DNA of 64,000 nt, from contig JAJFFQ010000065.1 of NCBI GenBank assembly GCA_021776565.1, positions 3,358-67,357 of the forward strand, read 5' to 3'. Below the pieces are notes generated by a model. It searched no databases, had not been told where the DNA came from, and saw nothing but the letters and a program-made list of their open reading frames with translations. Below, one piece after another: positions 1-10,552 of this stretch (position 1 is its first letter; the number at the start of each line of letters is the position of its first letter). This DNA is from Robiginitomaculum sp. (GTDB taxonomy: Bacteria > Pseudomonadota > Alphaproteobacteria > Caulobacterales > Maricaulaceae). A program made the translations under genes and the position numbers.

Positions 1-581
1 TGTACCGCTTTGCCGCTGGCCCGGATGGTGTCTTCAAAGTCTTTGCGGGCAAAGAGTAATTTACCCGTGCTAGCCAGGGCACCAAACAACACCGAACTGA
101 TAACACTCTGGGCGGATTTGGCCGCTTGCTCCATATCAAAGCTGATAAACTGAGCGGCGGTTTGGCTGGCCAGTTTTCGTATGTGGGCCGCATCCTGGCG
201 ACCATCCCCCAATGGTTCTTTTTCCGAGATGGCATAGACCCGGTGATCGGAAGCAATCAGAGTGGTATTGGTGCTAACGAAGCCGCGCAAAAGCGCCCGT
301 CCGGCCTCCATCATTTCAGAGGCGATAACAATGTCCACATCGCCCGGCACCGGTGTCAGGGCCAGAATGGGTATCTGTTTTGCCTTTTTGGCAATGTCTT
401 TGGGAAACAGCTCCACATAATAAATTGTCGCGCCGGTGCGCTGGGCAACCCCTGGCACCGAGGTGGATTGGGCGAAATAACCATTGTCTTCGGCCATGGC
501 AACAATCCAGCCGGCCAGCACGCCACCGCCCTGTCCGCCCATGGCGGTGATGGCAATTTTAATGGGGCGCACCGATTTCAC
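1..581 (-). CDS. iorB: indolepyruvate/2-oxoacid:ferredoxin oxidoreductase beta subunit (partial, runs off the window start)
   Basis: Absent from the ORF track because it is truncated. Reverse-strand translation from GTG 581..579 reads VKSVRPIKIAITAMGGQGGGVLAGWIVAMAEDNGYFAQSTSVPGVAQRTGATIYYVELFPKD, a typical IorB N-terminus. Its start overlaps the iorA stop as GTGA. Confidence 0.8.
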   Translation of the reverse strand, partial: MKSVRPIKIAITAMGGQGGGVLAGWIVAMAEDNGYFAQSTSVPGVAQRTGATIYYVELFPKDIAKKAKQIPILALTPVPGDVDIVIASEMMEAGRALLRGFVSTNTTLIASDHRVYAISEKEPLGDGRQDAAHIRKLASQTAAQFISFDMEQAAKSAQSVISSVLFGALASTGKLLFARKDFEDTIRASGKAV

Positions 582-2725
582 AAGTCTATCCCGAACGAGT
601 ATTTGGCGCGTTTCTTATCGGCCCGGTCTTGCAAAAACCCAATCACAGCACCACGAAATCCGGCGCGCCAGCGATCGAGGCGGGTCGGGTTTTCAATGAG
701 TTGTGCGCTATAAAAGGACGGGCATAAAATGGCGGCATGGGCAATCTCGCCGCATACGCCGCAGCCAACACAATCATTATTCACGTGAGTGACGGGGTCT
801 TCACGCAAGGGATCGGGGTTGTCGACGATGGTTAGCGACGGACAGCCGGAAAGGCGGATGCACGCATGATCGCCGGTGCAGGTGTCGGCATCAACGCCAA
901 AGCGGGTGCGCACCACGCGCTTGCCGTTTTTGATTGCGGCCTGGCGCAGGGGCTTTTCCCGACGCTCCTTGTTCAACATGCACTCGGACTGGGCGAGAAT
1001 AATCTTTGGGCCTTTCTCGTCCGTCGTTAGCGCCTCTTTCAGGGTCGCCTTCATTTTACCCAGGTCATAGGTGTTGACCGCACGCACCCAGGTGACGCCT
1101 AAACCACGCACGGCTTTTTCTATGGGTTGGTTGGTGACGCGGGCCGCATTGTCTGCCCGTGATGAGAGCAAATCCTGGCCACCGGTGGCGGCTGAATAAC
1201 CATTATCTATAATCACCAGTATATTGTCGTTCTTGTTAAATACTGCATTGCCAACCCCACTGGTCAGGCCATTATGCCAAAAGCCTCCATCACCCATAAT
1301 GCTGATTGTGCGCTTGTCAGCTTTGGTATTAAACGCCGATGCGCCAGACCAGCCAAGGCCGTAGCCCATGGTGGTGTTGCCGATATTAAAGGGCGGCAAA
1401 ATGGAAAAAAGGTGACAACCAATATCGCAGGAGACGTGAAAATCACCCAGTTCGCGTTGCACCAGCTTCATGGCGGTAAAAACCGGGCGCTCCGGGCAGC
1501 CGGTGCAAAACCCGACGGGGCGTAATGGCACGCTTTGCGTCAATTGTTTCTGATCTTTTGGGGTAAGTGCCAAACTTGTATTTGTCGTTATCTGCTCCGG
1601 TGCGTAAGTTTCAAAAAACTGGCGCAGACCATCCAGCAATACCTGACCGGTGTATTCTCCGGCGCGAGGCAAGACTTCCTTGCCCACCACACGGGTATCC
1701 AGTTCGGCTTGCCTCAAAATGGTGTTCATTGCCTGTTCGATATATTCGGGCTGACCTTCCTCGATCATCAGAACTGCGCGTTTATCGGCACAAAATCCGC
1801 GCACTTCATCAGGTATCATCGGGTATGTGACATTCAGGCAATAGATCGGAATATCCGTGTGGCCAAAACTGTCTGCAAGGCCGGCAAGCTCCATAGCGCG
1901 CATCAATGTATTATACAGTCCGCCCTGCACAATAATGCCAAGATTGCCGCCATGACCGCCCAAAAACTCGTTCAGTTTGTGTTTTTTGATGAACGACACG
2001 GCAGCGGGCCAGCGGCTTTCAATCTTTTCAACCTCATGGACAAAATTTGACGGCGGCAACACCACGCGCCCATAATCGCGCACCGGGTTTTCCATGGCTT
2101 GGGCCAGGGTGAATGTCGGTCTCACATTGTCTTTGGCTTTGAACGAGCCGGATACATGACAGGCGCGAATACGCAATTCCAGCATTACCGGGGTGTTGGA
2201 GGCTTCGGATAACTCGAAACCTTTTTCGACCATTTGTGTAATGGAGGTCAGGTTTGGGCGCGGATCCAAAAGCCATATTTGTGATTTCATGGCAAAGGGG
2301 TGAGAGCGTTCCTGCATGATCGAGGAGCCTTCGCCATAATCCTCGCCAACAATGATGAGCGCCCCGCCCATCACCCCGCTGGAGGCCACACTGGCCAGGG
2401 CGTCAGAGGCAACATTGGTGCCGACGGTGGATTTCCAGGTTACCGCCCCGCGCAAGGGATAATTGACCGAGGCCGCCAGCATGGCCGCCGCCGCCGCCTC
2501 GTTGGCGCTGGTTTCAAAATGTACCCCAAGGTCATCCAATATGCCTTGCGCATCAGATAAGACATCCATCAGATGCGAGATCGGTGCGCCCTGATAGCCG
2601 CCAACATAAGATACCCCGGATTGTAACAAGGCCTTGGTCACGGCCAGAATACCTTCACCGTGAAAGGTTTCGCCAGCGCCGATCTTCAGTTTCTGCACTT
2701 CTTTGGTAAAAGACAGTTCTGCCAA
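578..2725 (-). CDS. iorA: indolepyruvate ferredoxin oxidoreductase alpha subunit (TPP-binding, two 4Fe-4S motifs)
   Basis: The ORF 578..2767 contains the TPP-binding region GDGGFWHNG and the ferredoxin motifs CTGDHACIRLSGCP and CVGCGVCGEIAHAAILCP. Both candidate starts are TTG. I chose TTG at 2725 because GGGGAGAG lies about 7 nt upstream and it gives the N-terminus MAELSFTKEV. Confidence 0.85.
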   Translation of the reverse strand: MAELSFTKEVQKLKIGAGETFHGEGILAVTKALLQSGVSYVGGYQGAPISHLMDVLSDAQGILDDLGVHFETSANEAAAAAMLAASVNYPLRGAVTWKSTVGTNVASDALASVASSGVMGGALIIVGEDYGEGSSIMQERSHPFAMKSQIWLLDPRPNLTSITQMVEKGFELSEASNTPVMLELRIRACHVSGSFKAKDNVRPTFTLAQAMENPVRDYGRVVLPPSNFVHEVEKIESRWPAAVSFIKKHKLNEFLGGHGGNLGIIVQGGLYNTLMRAMELAGLADSFGHTDIPIYCLNVTYPMIPDEVRGFCADKRAVLMIEEGQPEYIEQAMNTILRQAELDTRVVGKEVLPRAGEYTGQVLLDGLRQFFETYAPEQITTNTSLALTPKDQKQLTQSVPLRPVGFCTGCPERPVFTAMKLVQRELGDFHVSCDIGCHLFSILPPFNIGNTTMGYGLGWSGASAFNTKADKRTISIMGDGGFWHNGLTSGVGNAVFNKNDNILVIIDNGYSAATGGQDLLSSRADNAARVTNQPIEKAVRGLGVTWVRAVNTYDLGKMKATLKEALTTDEKGPKIILAQSECMLNKERREKPLRQAAIKNGKRVVRTRFGVDADTCTGDHACIRLSGCPSLTIVDNPDPLREDPVTHVNNDCVGCGVCGEIAHAAILCPSFYSAQLIENPTRLDRWRAGFRGAVIGFLQDRADKKRAKYSFGIDL

Positions 2726-2831
2726 TATAGACTCTCCCCAGTAGCTATCTTGCCGTGTGCAGAACAAAATGGCTAGATCGTGAAATCAATAATCTGTATG
2801 AGATAAGAGTAAATATGAAACGGAAAAGCGC

Positions 2832-3641
2832 ATGAACCCTGAAACGTATACACCGGAACATTTTTGCTGGGCCTTTGAGAACGGCATTGCCCGCATCACA
2901 CTAAATCGGCCCGCCCGCAAAAACCCGTTGACGTTCAGCTCTTACGCCGAACTGCGCGATCTGTTTCGGGCACTGGTTTATGACAAGGCCGTCAAAGCCA
3001 TTGTCTTTGGTAGCTCTGGGGGCAATTTCTGCTCTGGTGGTGATGTTCATGAAATCATCGCGCCACTGACCAAAATGGATATGTCGCAATTACTGGATTT
3101 CACCCGTATGACCGGCGATCTGGTCAAGGCCATGCGCGGCTGTCCACAACCCGTTATTGCCGCCGTGGACGGCGTTAGTGTTGGCGCGGGCGCGATAATT
3201 TCCATGGCCTCGGATTTACGTCTGGCCAGCAAGCAGGCCAAAACGGCGTTTCTGTTTAACCGGGTTGGCCTTGCAGGTTGTGATATGGGGGCGTGCGCCA
3301 TGCTGCCGCGCATTATTGGCCAGGGTCGTGCCAGCGAGTTATTACTGACCGGGCGCAGTTTCAGTGCGCAGGAAGGAGAACGATGGGGCTTTTTCAATGC
3401 CATTCATGACAGCGATGCGCTGGATGAAGCGGCCATGACATTGGCGCGGCGTCTGGCAGCGGGGCCAAATTTTGCCAATGGCATTACCAAAAACCAACTT
3501 AACATGGAATGGGATATGAGCCTGGACACGGCCATAGAAGCCGAGGCACAGGCTCAGGCAATTTGTATGCAAACCCAGGATTTTGAACGCGCCTATAAAG
3601 CTTTTGTTGCCAAAGAAAAACCGGTTTTCGAGGGCGATTGA
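2832..3641 (+). CDS. enoyl-CoA hydratase/isomerase (crotonase) family protein
   Basis: Crotonase-fold motifs are present ([21 protein letters not shown]). It has an ATG start and is divergent from iorA. Confidence 0.9.
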   Translation: MNPETYTPEHFCWAFENGIARITLNRPARKNPLTFSSYAELRDLFRALVYDKAVKAIVFGSSGGNFCSGGDVHEIIAPLTKMDMSQLLDFTRMTGDLVKAMRGCPQPVIAAVDGVSVGAGAIISMASDLRLASKQAKTAFLFNRVGLAGCDMGACAMLPRIIGQGRASELLLTGRSFSAQEGERWGFFNAIHDSDALDEAAMTLARRLAAGPNFANGITKNQLNMEWDMSLDTAIEAEAQAQAICMQTQDFERAYKAFVAKEKPVFEGD

Positions 3642-4813
3642 TGACTGACACAAGCTTCCTCACATGGCCGTTTTTTGAAGCTCATCATCTGGCATTGGCC
3701 AAAACCCTGGGTGAATGGGCGGCGCAGGAATTGCCCACCATTGTGGATTGCAAAACCGCCCATGACGATGTTGATGCCACTTGTCGAACTTTGGTGAGGG
3801 CATTGGGCGCAGGGGGTTGGTTGCGATATTGCGTTCCGGCCGCCTTTGGCGGTGTTCATGAGAGCCTGGATGTGCGCTCCTTGTGCATTATTCGCGAAAC
3901 CCTGGCGCGCCATTCCGGCCTTGCCGATTTTGCCTTTGCCATGCAGGGGCTTGGCTCTGGCGCTATTGGCATGTTTGGCACGCAGGCCCAAAAGCAAGCT
4001 TATTTGCCCGCCGTGGCAAGTGGTCAAAAAATTGCTGCCTTTGCCTTGACCGAACCAGGTGCCGGATCGGATGCGGCGGCCATGACCACTCGCCTTGAGG
4101 CAAAGGGTGAGGATTATCTGCTCAATGGTGAAAAAACCTATATTTCCAATGGTGGCATTGCCGATTTTTATACGCTTTTTGCCAAAACAGATGAGGGTGT
4201 CAGTGCGATCATCATTGATGCGGATACACCGGGGCTGGAGGTTGCAGAGCGACTGGAGGTGATGGCCCCGCACCCGCTGGCGCGGTTGACCTTCACCGAT
4301 TGCGTCATACCAGGAGCTAACCTTTTGGATGCGCAGGGGCGCGGCTTCAAAATTGCCCTGGCGACGCTGGATGTGTTTCGCACCAGTGTTGGCGCTGCGG
4401 CCCTCGGGTTTTCAAGGTGCGCACTGGATGAGGCGTTATCATACGCGCGCACACGTACCATGTTCGGCGCAACATTGGTGGATATGCCTATTGCGCAAGC
4501 CATGCTGGCCGAGATGGCGCTGGACGTTGATGCTTCGGCGCTGTTGATTTATCGTTCCGCCTGGATCAAGGATGTAAAAAAATTGCGCGTTACCCGTGAA
4601 GCGGCCATGGCAAAACTTTATGCCACCGACAGCGCCCAGATCGTGATAGACAAGGCTGTGCAGTTGTTGGGCGGTCTTGGGGTGACCAAAGGGCAAAAAG
4701 TTGAGGAATTATACCGGGAGGTCAGGGCGCTACGCATCTATGAAGGTGCGTCAGAGGTTCAAAAAATCGTTATCGCCCGCCAGCTTTTAACGCCATCAAA
4801 AAAGGAAGATTAA
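3641..4813 (+). CDS. acyl-CoA dehydrogenase family protein
   Basis: ACAD signatures are present ([32 protein letters not shown]). ATG 3641 overlaps the upstream TGA; the track start at 3638 is TTG. Confidence 0.9.
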   Translation: MTDTSFLTWPFFEAHHLALAKTLGEWAAQELPTIVDCKTAHDDVDATCRTLVRALGAGGWLRYCVPAAFGGVHESLDVRSLCIIRETLARHSGLADFAFAMQGLGSGAIGMFGTQAQKQAYLPAVASGQKIAAFALTEPGAGSDAAAMTTRLEAKGEDYLLNGEKTYISNGGIADFYTLFAKTDEGVSAIIIDADTPGLEVAERLEVMAPHPLARLTFTDCVIPGANLLDAQGRGFKIALATLDVFRTSVGAAALGFSRCALDEALSYARTRTMFGATLVDMPIAQAMLAEMALDVDASALLIYRSAWIKDVKKLRVTREAAMAKLYATDSAQIVIDKAVQLLGGLGVTKGQKVEELYREVRALRIYEGASEVQKIVIARQLLTPSKKED

Positions 4814-4817
4814 CCTG

Positions 4818-5243
4818 ATGAGTTTTTTTACGGTTCCCGGCAAGGTGCGGTTTGGTCACACTGATTCTGCCGGAATTATTTTTTACCCGCGCTTTTTTGA
4901 AATACAAAATTCAGTGGTTGAAGACTGGTTTGATGACGTACTGGACAGCAGCTTTGCCGCCTTTCGCGAAACCTATGATCTGACCACGCCATTGGTGGAT
5001 GTCAGCACACAATTTTTAGTGCCGTGCCGACTTGGTGAGAAACTGGATGTTATGTTGGGGATCATTCATCTTGGACGGTCGTCTCTGGTTTTGCGTGTAA
5101 TGGCAGAGCGCGATGGTGAGACTTGTATTACCTCACGCGCGGTTCTGGTGTGTAGCAAAACAGATTTTACCGGCTCGGCCCCCTGGCCTGATGAAATTCG
5201 CAAACGTATGCAGTCCTTTCAGATTGAAGAGAGTGAAACGTGA
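4818..5243 (+). CDS. hotdog-fold acyl-CoA thioesterase (4HBT/YbgC-like)
   Basis: The N-terminal motif VRFGHTDSAGIIFYPRFFE is typical of 4HBT thioesterases. The protein is 141 aa. Confidence 0.75.
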   Translation: MSFFTVPGKVRFGHTDSAGIIFYPRFFEIQNSVVEDWFDDVLDSSFAAFRETYDLTTPLVDVSTQFLVPCRLGEKLDVMLGIIHLGRSSLVLRVMAERDGETCITSRAVLVCSKTDFTGSAPWPDEIRKRMQSFQIEESET

Positions 5244-5641
5244 AACAGGTATTGCAACCAAAAGGGTGGAAGCGCCCCAAAGGCTATGCCAACGGCATAG
5301 AGGCAGAGGGTCGTCTGGTTTTTACCGCCGGGATCATTGGCTGGAATGAACAAGAGCAATTTGAAACCGATGATCTGGTTGAACAAATCCGTCAGACCTT
5401 GGCGAACACCCTGGCGATATTGGCAGAGGCCGGTGCGACATCAGAGCATATTGTGCGGATGACCTGGTATGTTACTGATCGAGAGGACTATCAGAACCGG
5501 CAAAAAGAAATAGGTCAGGTCTGGAAAGCGGTTATCGGCAAGCAGTTTCCGTGCATGGCCTGTGTTCAGGTGCTGGCCCTGATGGAGGCGCGAGCAAAAA
5601 TAGAAATCGAAACCATCGCAATGGTGCCGCTAACGCAATAG
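5240..5641 (+). CDS. RidA/YjgF-family enamine/imine deaminase-like protein
   Basis: 133 aa with YjgF-like length and layout (GRLVFTAGIIGW...TWYV...ACVQV). Its GTG start overlaps the thioesterase stop as GTGA. Confidence 0.75.
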   Translation: MKQVLQPKGWKRPKGYANGIEAEGRLVFTAGIIGWNEQEQFETDDLVEQIRQTLANTLAILAEAGATSEHIVRMTWYVTDREDYQNRQKEIGQVWKAVIGKQFPCMACVQVLALMEARAKIEIETIAMVPLTQ

Positions 5642-5669
5642 CTGTCACAACAATCAACAGGGGCAGACA

Positions 5670-8015
5670 ATGAAAATCACAGTGATTGGCGGTGGGCCAG
5701 GCGGGCTTTATTTTGCCCTGTTGACCAAAAAGGCACGTCCAGATTTTGACATTGAGGTTTTTGAACAAAACCGGGCCGATGATACGTTTGGTTTTGGTGT
5801 GGTGTTTTCGGATGAGACCCTGGACGAATTCTTAAGCGCCGACCCGGCTTCCTATGAGATGATCCGTGACAGTTTTGCCCATTGGAGCGATATTGTTATT
5901 GAGCATGAGGGTCAGCGCACCATTGTTGGTGGTAACGGCTTTGCCGGTTGCTCGCGGCTTACCTTATTAAAAGTCCTGCAAACCCGATGCGAAGCGGTGG
6001 GTGTGAGCATCCACTATTCCACTCAGATTAACCCGGATGAGCTGACCACACGGTTTCCTGATTCTGACATTATTGTTGCCGCAGATGGCATTAACAGTGC
6101 CATTCGTGACAAGCACAAGGCCGAGTTTGGCATGCACACACAATTGCGGCCAAATCATTTTGTCTGGCTAGGATCCGCGCGGCCTCTGGATGCCTTCACG
6201 TTTTTCTTCAAAAAAACTGAACACGGCCATTTTTGCGCCCACACCTATCAGTATGAGGATGGTCGCTCGACCTGGGTGGTTGAAACCACGAAGGAATGTT
6301 GGCAAGCCAGTGGCTTTGCCGATATGGATGAGGCCGAGTGCGCGACTTATCTGGAGGGGGTATTTGCGGACGAACTTGATGGGCATGGCTTTATCACCAA
6401 TCGCTCGTTATGGCGTAATTTTCCAGTGATTACCTGTGATCGCTGGAATGCTGGCAATATCGTTTTGCTGGGCGATAACAAGGCCACGGCGCACTGGTCT
6501 ATTGGCTCAGGCACCAAGCTGGCCATGGAATGTGCCATAGGTTTATCAAAGGCGGTTTTGGATAATGCTGGACATGTTCCCGCCATTTTCGAGCAATACG
6601 AAAACACCCGGCGCACACCGGTGGAGATTACCCAGCATAATGCCGCCGTATCCTTGCGCTGGTTTGAAAATATGCCGCAGCATTGGGATAAATCGCAATA
6701 TGCTTTTGCGTTTTCCATTATGAGCCGGGCCAAATCCATCACCTGGGATAATCTGAAATTGCGCGATGCCAGTTTCCTTAATGCCGCAGAAGACGAATTT
6801 TACACGTGTTATAAAACACAAACCGGGCGCGATATGAGCATAGCCCGCCCAACACCCATGTTCACGCCGTTTGAGCTGCGCGGGTTGACCATCCCCAACC
6901 GTGTTGCGGTGGCCCCTATGGCTCAATATAGCGCGCAAAACGGGTGTCCGACTGATTGGCATTTCTCCCATTATACCGCCCGGGCGCTGGGCGGCGCGGG
7001 TCTGGTTTTTATGGAAATGACCTGCCCCAGTGCTGACGCGCGGATTACGGATGGTTGCACCGGGTTGTGGAATGAAAGTCAGGAGCACGAATGGGCGCGC
7101 ATCAATAACTTCATTCACCAGAACACCACAACAAAGATTGCTTTGCAGCTTGGCCATGCCGGGCGCAAAGGCTCAACCAAGCGCGGTTGGGAAGGCGCGG
7201 ATGAACCCAAGGATGAAAGTAACTGGTCGATTTATTCAGCCTCACCCATTGCCTATACCGAGGGGGTATCTGCGACACCAAAAGAGCTGAACCGCGATGA
7301 TATGGATCGCATACGTGATGAATTTGTCGCCGCCACGATCCGGGCAGATCGTGCAGGATTTGATATGCTGGAACTGCATTGCGCTCACGGATATTTGCTG
7401 GCCAGTTTCCTCTCGCCCCTGACCAATACCCGCACCGATGACTATGGTGGCCCGGCCAAAGCGCGGGTCAAATTCCCGCTGGAGATTTTTGTCGCCATGC
7501 GTGCAGTCTGGCCCCAAAACAAGCCCATATCAGTGCGTCTGTCGTCCTCGGACTGGGCCAGAGGCGGTCTGACACTGGATGATTTGAAAGTTATATCGCT
7601 GGCATTCAAAAATGCTGGCGTAGACATCATTCATGCCTCATCTGGCCAGACGGTGCCGTGGCAAAAACCGGTTTATGGGCGCATGTGGCAAACCCCGTTT
7701 GCGGAATATATTCGCCAAGAAGTGGGTATTCCGACCATTGCTGTGGGCGATATAACCCTGCCAGAGCAGATCAATACCATTATCGCTGATGGTCGTGCAG
7801 ACCTGTGCGCTCTGGCGCGACCGCATCTGAATAATCCAAACTTCACCCGCCAGGCAGCCGGGCATTATGCCATGCACGATCAGAACTGGCCGCCGCAATA
7901 CGAAACCGGGGAGTATCAGCTTTACCGTGAAGCCGAGAAAGTAAGTGAAAAGGCGCTTGATCTGGCCCTAAAAGCGCGCCCCAATCGCCGCCATTATCAA
8001 CGTGCGGTGAAATAG
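5670..8015 (+). CDS. bifunctional FAD monooxygenase / Old-Yellow-Enzyme reductase (2-aminobenzoyl-CoA monooxygenase/reductase or salicylyl-CoA 5-hydroxylase family)
   Basis: 781 aa. The N-terminus has an FAD GxGxxG motif (MKITVIGGGPGGLYFA) in a PHBH-like monooxygenase. The C-terminal half is an OYE-type NADH:flavin oxidoreductase (NRVAVAPMAQYSA, LELHCAHGYLLASFLSP). This fusion architecture is characteristic of the named family. Confidence 0.85.
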   Translation: MKITVIGGGPGGLYFALLTKKARPDFDIEVFEQNRADDTFGFGVVFSDETLDEFLSADPASYEMIRDSFAHWSDIVIEHEGQRTIVGGNGFAGCSRLTLLKVLQTRCEAVGVSIHYSTQINPDELTTRFPDSDIIVAADGINSAIRDKHKAEFGMHTQLRPNHFVWLGSARPLDAFTFFFKKTEHGHFCAHTYQYEDGRSTWVVETTKECWQASGFADMDEAECATYLEGVFADELDGHGFITNRSLWRNFPVITCDRWNAGNIVLLGDNKATAHWSIGSGTKLAMECAIGLSKAVLDNAGHVPAIFEQYENTRRTPVEITQHNAAVSLRWFENMPQHWDKSQYAFAFSIMSRAKSITWDNLKLRDASFLNAAEDEFYTCYKTQTGRDMSIARPTPMFTPFELRGLTIPNRVAVAPMAQYSAQNGCPTDWHFSHYTARALGGAGLVFMEMTCPSADARITDGCTGLWNESQEHEWARINNFIHQNTTTKIALQLGHAGRKGSTKRGWEGADEPKDESNWSIYSASPIAYTEGVSATPKELNRDDMDRIRDEFVAATIRADRAGFDMLELHCAHGYLLASFLSPLTNTRTDDYGGPAKARVKFPLEIFVAMRAVWPQNKPISVRLSSSDWARGGLTLDDLKVISLAFKNAGVDIIHASSGQTVPWQKPVYGRMWQTPFAEYIRQEVGIPTIAVGDITLPEQINTIIADGRADLCALARPHLNNPNFTRQAAGHYAMHDQNWPPQYETGEYQLYREAEKVSEKALDLALKARPNRRHYQRAVK

Positions 8016-8019
8016 TGGA

Positions 8020-8050
8020 GATTTCTTCTCCCTAAGGGAGAAGGGGAAAT
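8020..8050. terminator. bidirectional hairpin between convergent genes
   Basis: gatttCTTCTCCCtaaGGGAGAAGgggaaatc forms an 8-bp GC-rich core stem with AT extensions, lying between the stop at 8015 (+) and the stop at 8051 (-). Confidence 0.5.
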
Positions 8051-9199
8051 CTAGGCCAACAGCGTGCGGTTCTTTTCCAGCGCCGCCAACACCACCTCAA
8101 TGTCATCCATATTGTTATAAAAATGTGCGGATACCCGCAGGTTTCCATCCCGGCAAGAGGTGATAATATGCTCTGCCTCAAGGGCGGCAACCAGTTGATG
8201 ATCGTCTGTGCTGCGGATGGCCACCATAGGGCCGTGGTGCGTGTCTTTGACAGGGCTGGCCAGTGAACCGCCTAGGGCCACCACGCCTTTTTTAAGCGCC
8301 GCATTGAGTGCCATGACATGCGCCCGGATGCTCGCAACACCGACATTCAAAACATAGTCCAGCCCGGCCTCGGCGGCGTAAAGTGCAGGCACACTGGGCG
8401 TACCTTGCTCAAACCGCCGGGCATTGGGTGCTGGCTCATTAGCATGAATTTTCATGGCATGAATATCGGCCTGGGCGAACCAGCCGGTTTGCAAGGGATA
8501 CAGGCTTTCTATGAGTACCTCGCGGACATACAAAAACCCGATACCGGCACTGCCGAGCAGGTATTTCAACGCGCCGCCAATGGCAAAATCCACATCCAGA
8601 TCACGCACATCAAAGGGTACCGCGCCAAGCCCCTGATACCCGTCAACCAGCATTAACGCCCCTGCATCATGAGCGATTTTACAAATCGCAGCGATATCGT
8701 TCAAGGCACCATGGCGATAACAAACCAGCGGTACCGCGACCAGTAGTGTGCGCTCGTCCACCAGTTCAGCTAAATGTTCAAGATCAAGCTGACCGTCATC
8801 TTGTTCGCGGGCATGGACAACATCACCGCCGCGCGCGGTTTGTGCGTGCCAGTTTTGTGCCTCGGTCGGAAACGCCTGATCGGTAGTTACCACGCGGTTG
8901 CGTTTGCCGGAAAAATCAAAACTGCTGATAAGGCTGCTCAATGCCGCCGAAGCTGATGTGGTCACAGCCATTTCGTCTGTCTTTGCGCCGACAAGTTGTG
9001 CAAAGCGTTCCCGCACTCTTTCATGGCGCTCAACCCAGCCCATCCAGTCTGCGCCGCGTGCGTTGCGACAGGAAAGGTATGCACCATATGAGGCTTCAAC
9101 CTGATGGGACAATGCCCCATAGGCGCATGAGTTTATGTAGTGTGTGTGCGTGAATATAGGGAAGTCACGGCGATAATTCTGCATATCTGGCTCACTCAT
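8051..9199 (-). CDS. class V-fold PLP-dependent enzyme (aminotransferase / desulfurase / epimerase-like)
   Basis: Class-V fold motifs are present (LVDGYQGLGAVPFDV, GGALKYLLGSAGIGFLYV with a candidate PLP lysine). I chose ATG 9199 (MSEPDMQNY) because it overlaps the upstream transporter stop as ATGA. Confidence 0.8.
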   Translation of the reverse strand: MSEPDMQNYRRDFPIFTHTHYINSCAYGALSHQVEASYGAYLSCRNARGADWMGWVERHERVRERFAQLVGAKTDEMAVTTSASAALSSLISSFDFSGKRNRVVTTDQAFPTEAQNWHAQTARGGDVVHAREQDDGQLDLEHLAELVDERTLLVAVPLVCYRHGALNDIAAICKIAHDAGALMLVDGYQGLGAVPFDVRDLDVDFAIGGALKYLLGSAGIGFLYVREVLIESLYPLQTGWFAQADIHAMKIHANEPAPNARRFEQGTPSVPALYAAEAGLDYVLNVGVASIRAHVMALNAALKKGVVALGGSLASPVKDTHHGPMVAIRSTDDHQLVAALEAEHIITSCRDGNLRVSAHFYNNMDDIEVVLAALEKNRTLLA

Positions 9200-10542
9200 T
9201 TCCACACCGCGATCAAAATAATAGCTAGCGGAAGCAGTATGCGTAAAGTCCAAATCCATACACTCTCAAGCGTGGCTGACAAGCCCAGCTTTCCACGCAC
9301 TATTTTTGCCATTATCCAACCGGTAAAAAGCGCAATCATGAAGCCATTAAAGGGTAGCAACACACTGGCAATGGCAAAATCCATGGTGTCGAAAACACCC
9401 TTGCCGGCAAAGCCCGGAACGCCATTAAGCGGAAATATATCTTTCCAGATATTAAAAGACAGCAGGGCCGTTATGCCAATAAACCACGCGGCTGATCCGG
9501 CCAGTATTGTCCCGCGCGTGCGTGACATGCCGCGCTGTTCTGCCATCCAGGCGACAACCGGCTCCAGTGTGCCGATACCAGTAGTGAAGGCAGCAAAAAA
9601 CAACAATACGAAAAACACGGCGCCAACGATGGCCCCGCCGGTCATTTGCCCAAATGCGGTGGGCAGGGTTACAAAAATAAGCCCGGGGCCACCAGCAGGG
9701 TCAAGGCCTTGAGCAAAAACAAGAGGAAAAATCGCCAATCCGGCCATCAGGGCAATACCGGTATCAACCAGGGCAATGATGGCAACCGAGCGGCCCAGCG
9801 AGATACCTTCGGGCACATAGGCACCGTAAGTTATCATGATGCCGACACCGATGGCGAGCGAGAAGAAGGCCTGTCCCGCCGCCACAATAACGGTTTTCCC
9901 GGTCACAGCCGACCAGTCCGGTGAAAACAGAAAATCAAATGCCTGTGCTGTATCACCGGTAACAAGGGCATAGCTCATCAACCCGGCAAGCATAATGAAA
10001 AGCGCGGGCATCAATATGCGTGAAAAGGCTTCAATGCCGCCCTGAACGCCCCGGATCAGCACCAGCATGACGCCGCCTATGAAAATGCTATGGCCAAGCA
10101 ATAAACGCCACGGGTTGGCAAGCATGGCATTAAAGCGCCCTGTGGCGATCGTGCCGTCAACACTTGTTACCTTGCCGACAATACCTTGCGCGGCAAAATC
10201 CACAGTCCAGCCACCCACGACGCTGTAATAGGCAATGCCGACAAAGGCGATAAAAACACTCATAAATCCTATGATTTGCCAGCCATTACTGGCCCCGGTT
10301 TTGCTGACCAGTGCCTTGATACTATGGATGGCACTGCCGCCGCCGGTGCGCCCCAGAACAAGTTCGGCCAGCATGATCGGCATACCAATGAGAAACACGC
10401 AGGCGATATAGATCAATACAAAAGCCCCGCCGCCATTTTCACCGGCCAGAAACGAAAACCGCCACAGATTGCCAAGCCCGACGGCGGCCCCAATGGTGGC
10501 CAGAATAAACCCAAGACCAGATGACCAGCGTTTATCGTGCAT
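9196..10542 (-). CDS. sodium-dependent transporter, neurotransmitter:sodium symporter (NSS/SNF) family
   Basis: MHDKRWSSGLGFILATIGAAVGLGNLWRFSFLAGENGGGAFVLIY is the canonical NSS N-terminus, and the protein is polytopic. The track start at 10593 is a GTG inside the upstream gene. Confidence 0.9.
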   Translation of the reverse strand: MHDKRWSSGLGFILATIGAAVGLGNLWRFSFLAGENGGGAFVLIYIACVFLIGMPIMLAELVLGRTGGGSAIHSIKALVSKTGASNGWQIIGFMSVFIAFVGIAYYSVVGGWTVDFAAQGIVGKVTSVDGTIATGRFNAMLANPWRLLLGHSIFIGGVMLVLIRGVQGGIEAFSRILMPALFIMLAGLMSYALVTGDTAQAFDFLFSPDWSAVTGKTVIVAAGQAFFSLAIGVGIMITYGAYVPEGISLGRSVAIIALVDTGIALMAGLAIFPLVFAQGLDPAGGPGLIFVTLPTAFGQMTGGAIVGAVFFVLLFFAAFTTGIGTLEPVVAWMAEQRGMSRTRGTILAGSAAWFIGITALLSFNIWKDIFPLNGVPGFAGKGVFDTMDFAIASVLLPFNGFMIALFTGWIMAKIVRGKLGLSATLESVWIWTLRILLPLAIILIAVWK

Positions 10543-10552
10543 TGTTTTCAAC

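Noticed and set aside
126-713. A 195-aa plus-strand ORF at the window start
   Set aside because: It is antisense to the clearly recognisable iorB/iorA coding sequence, and its Gly/Arg-rich composition is typical of shadow ORFs.
3593-4273. Long antisense or alternative-frame ORFs here and at 9140-9712, 10634-11269, 12467-13042, 15177-15740, 19798-20412, 20951-21463, 34475-35221, 50090-50821, 54298-54903, 55858-56463, 61300-61878 and 63082-63876
   Set aside because: Each lies fully inside a gene with strong family signatures on the other strand or frame. In moderately GC-rich DNA such shadow ORFs are expected, and none shows recognisable motifs.
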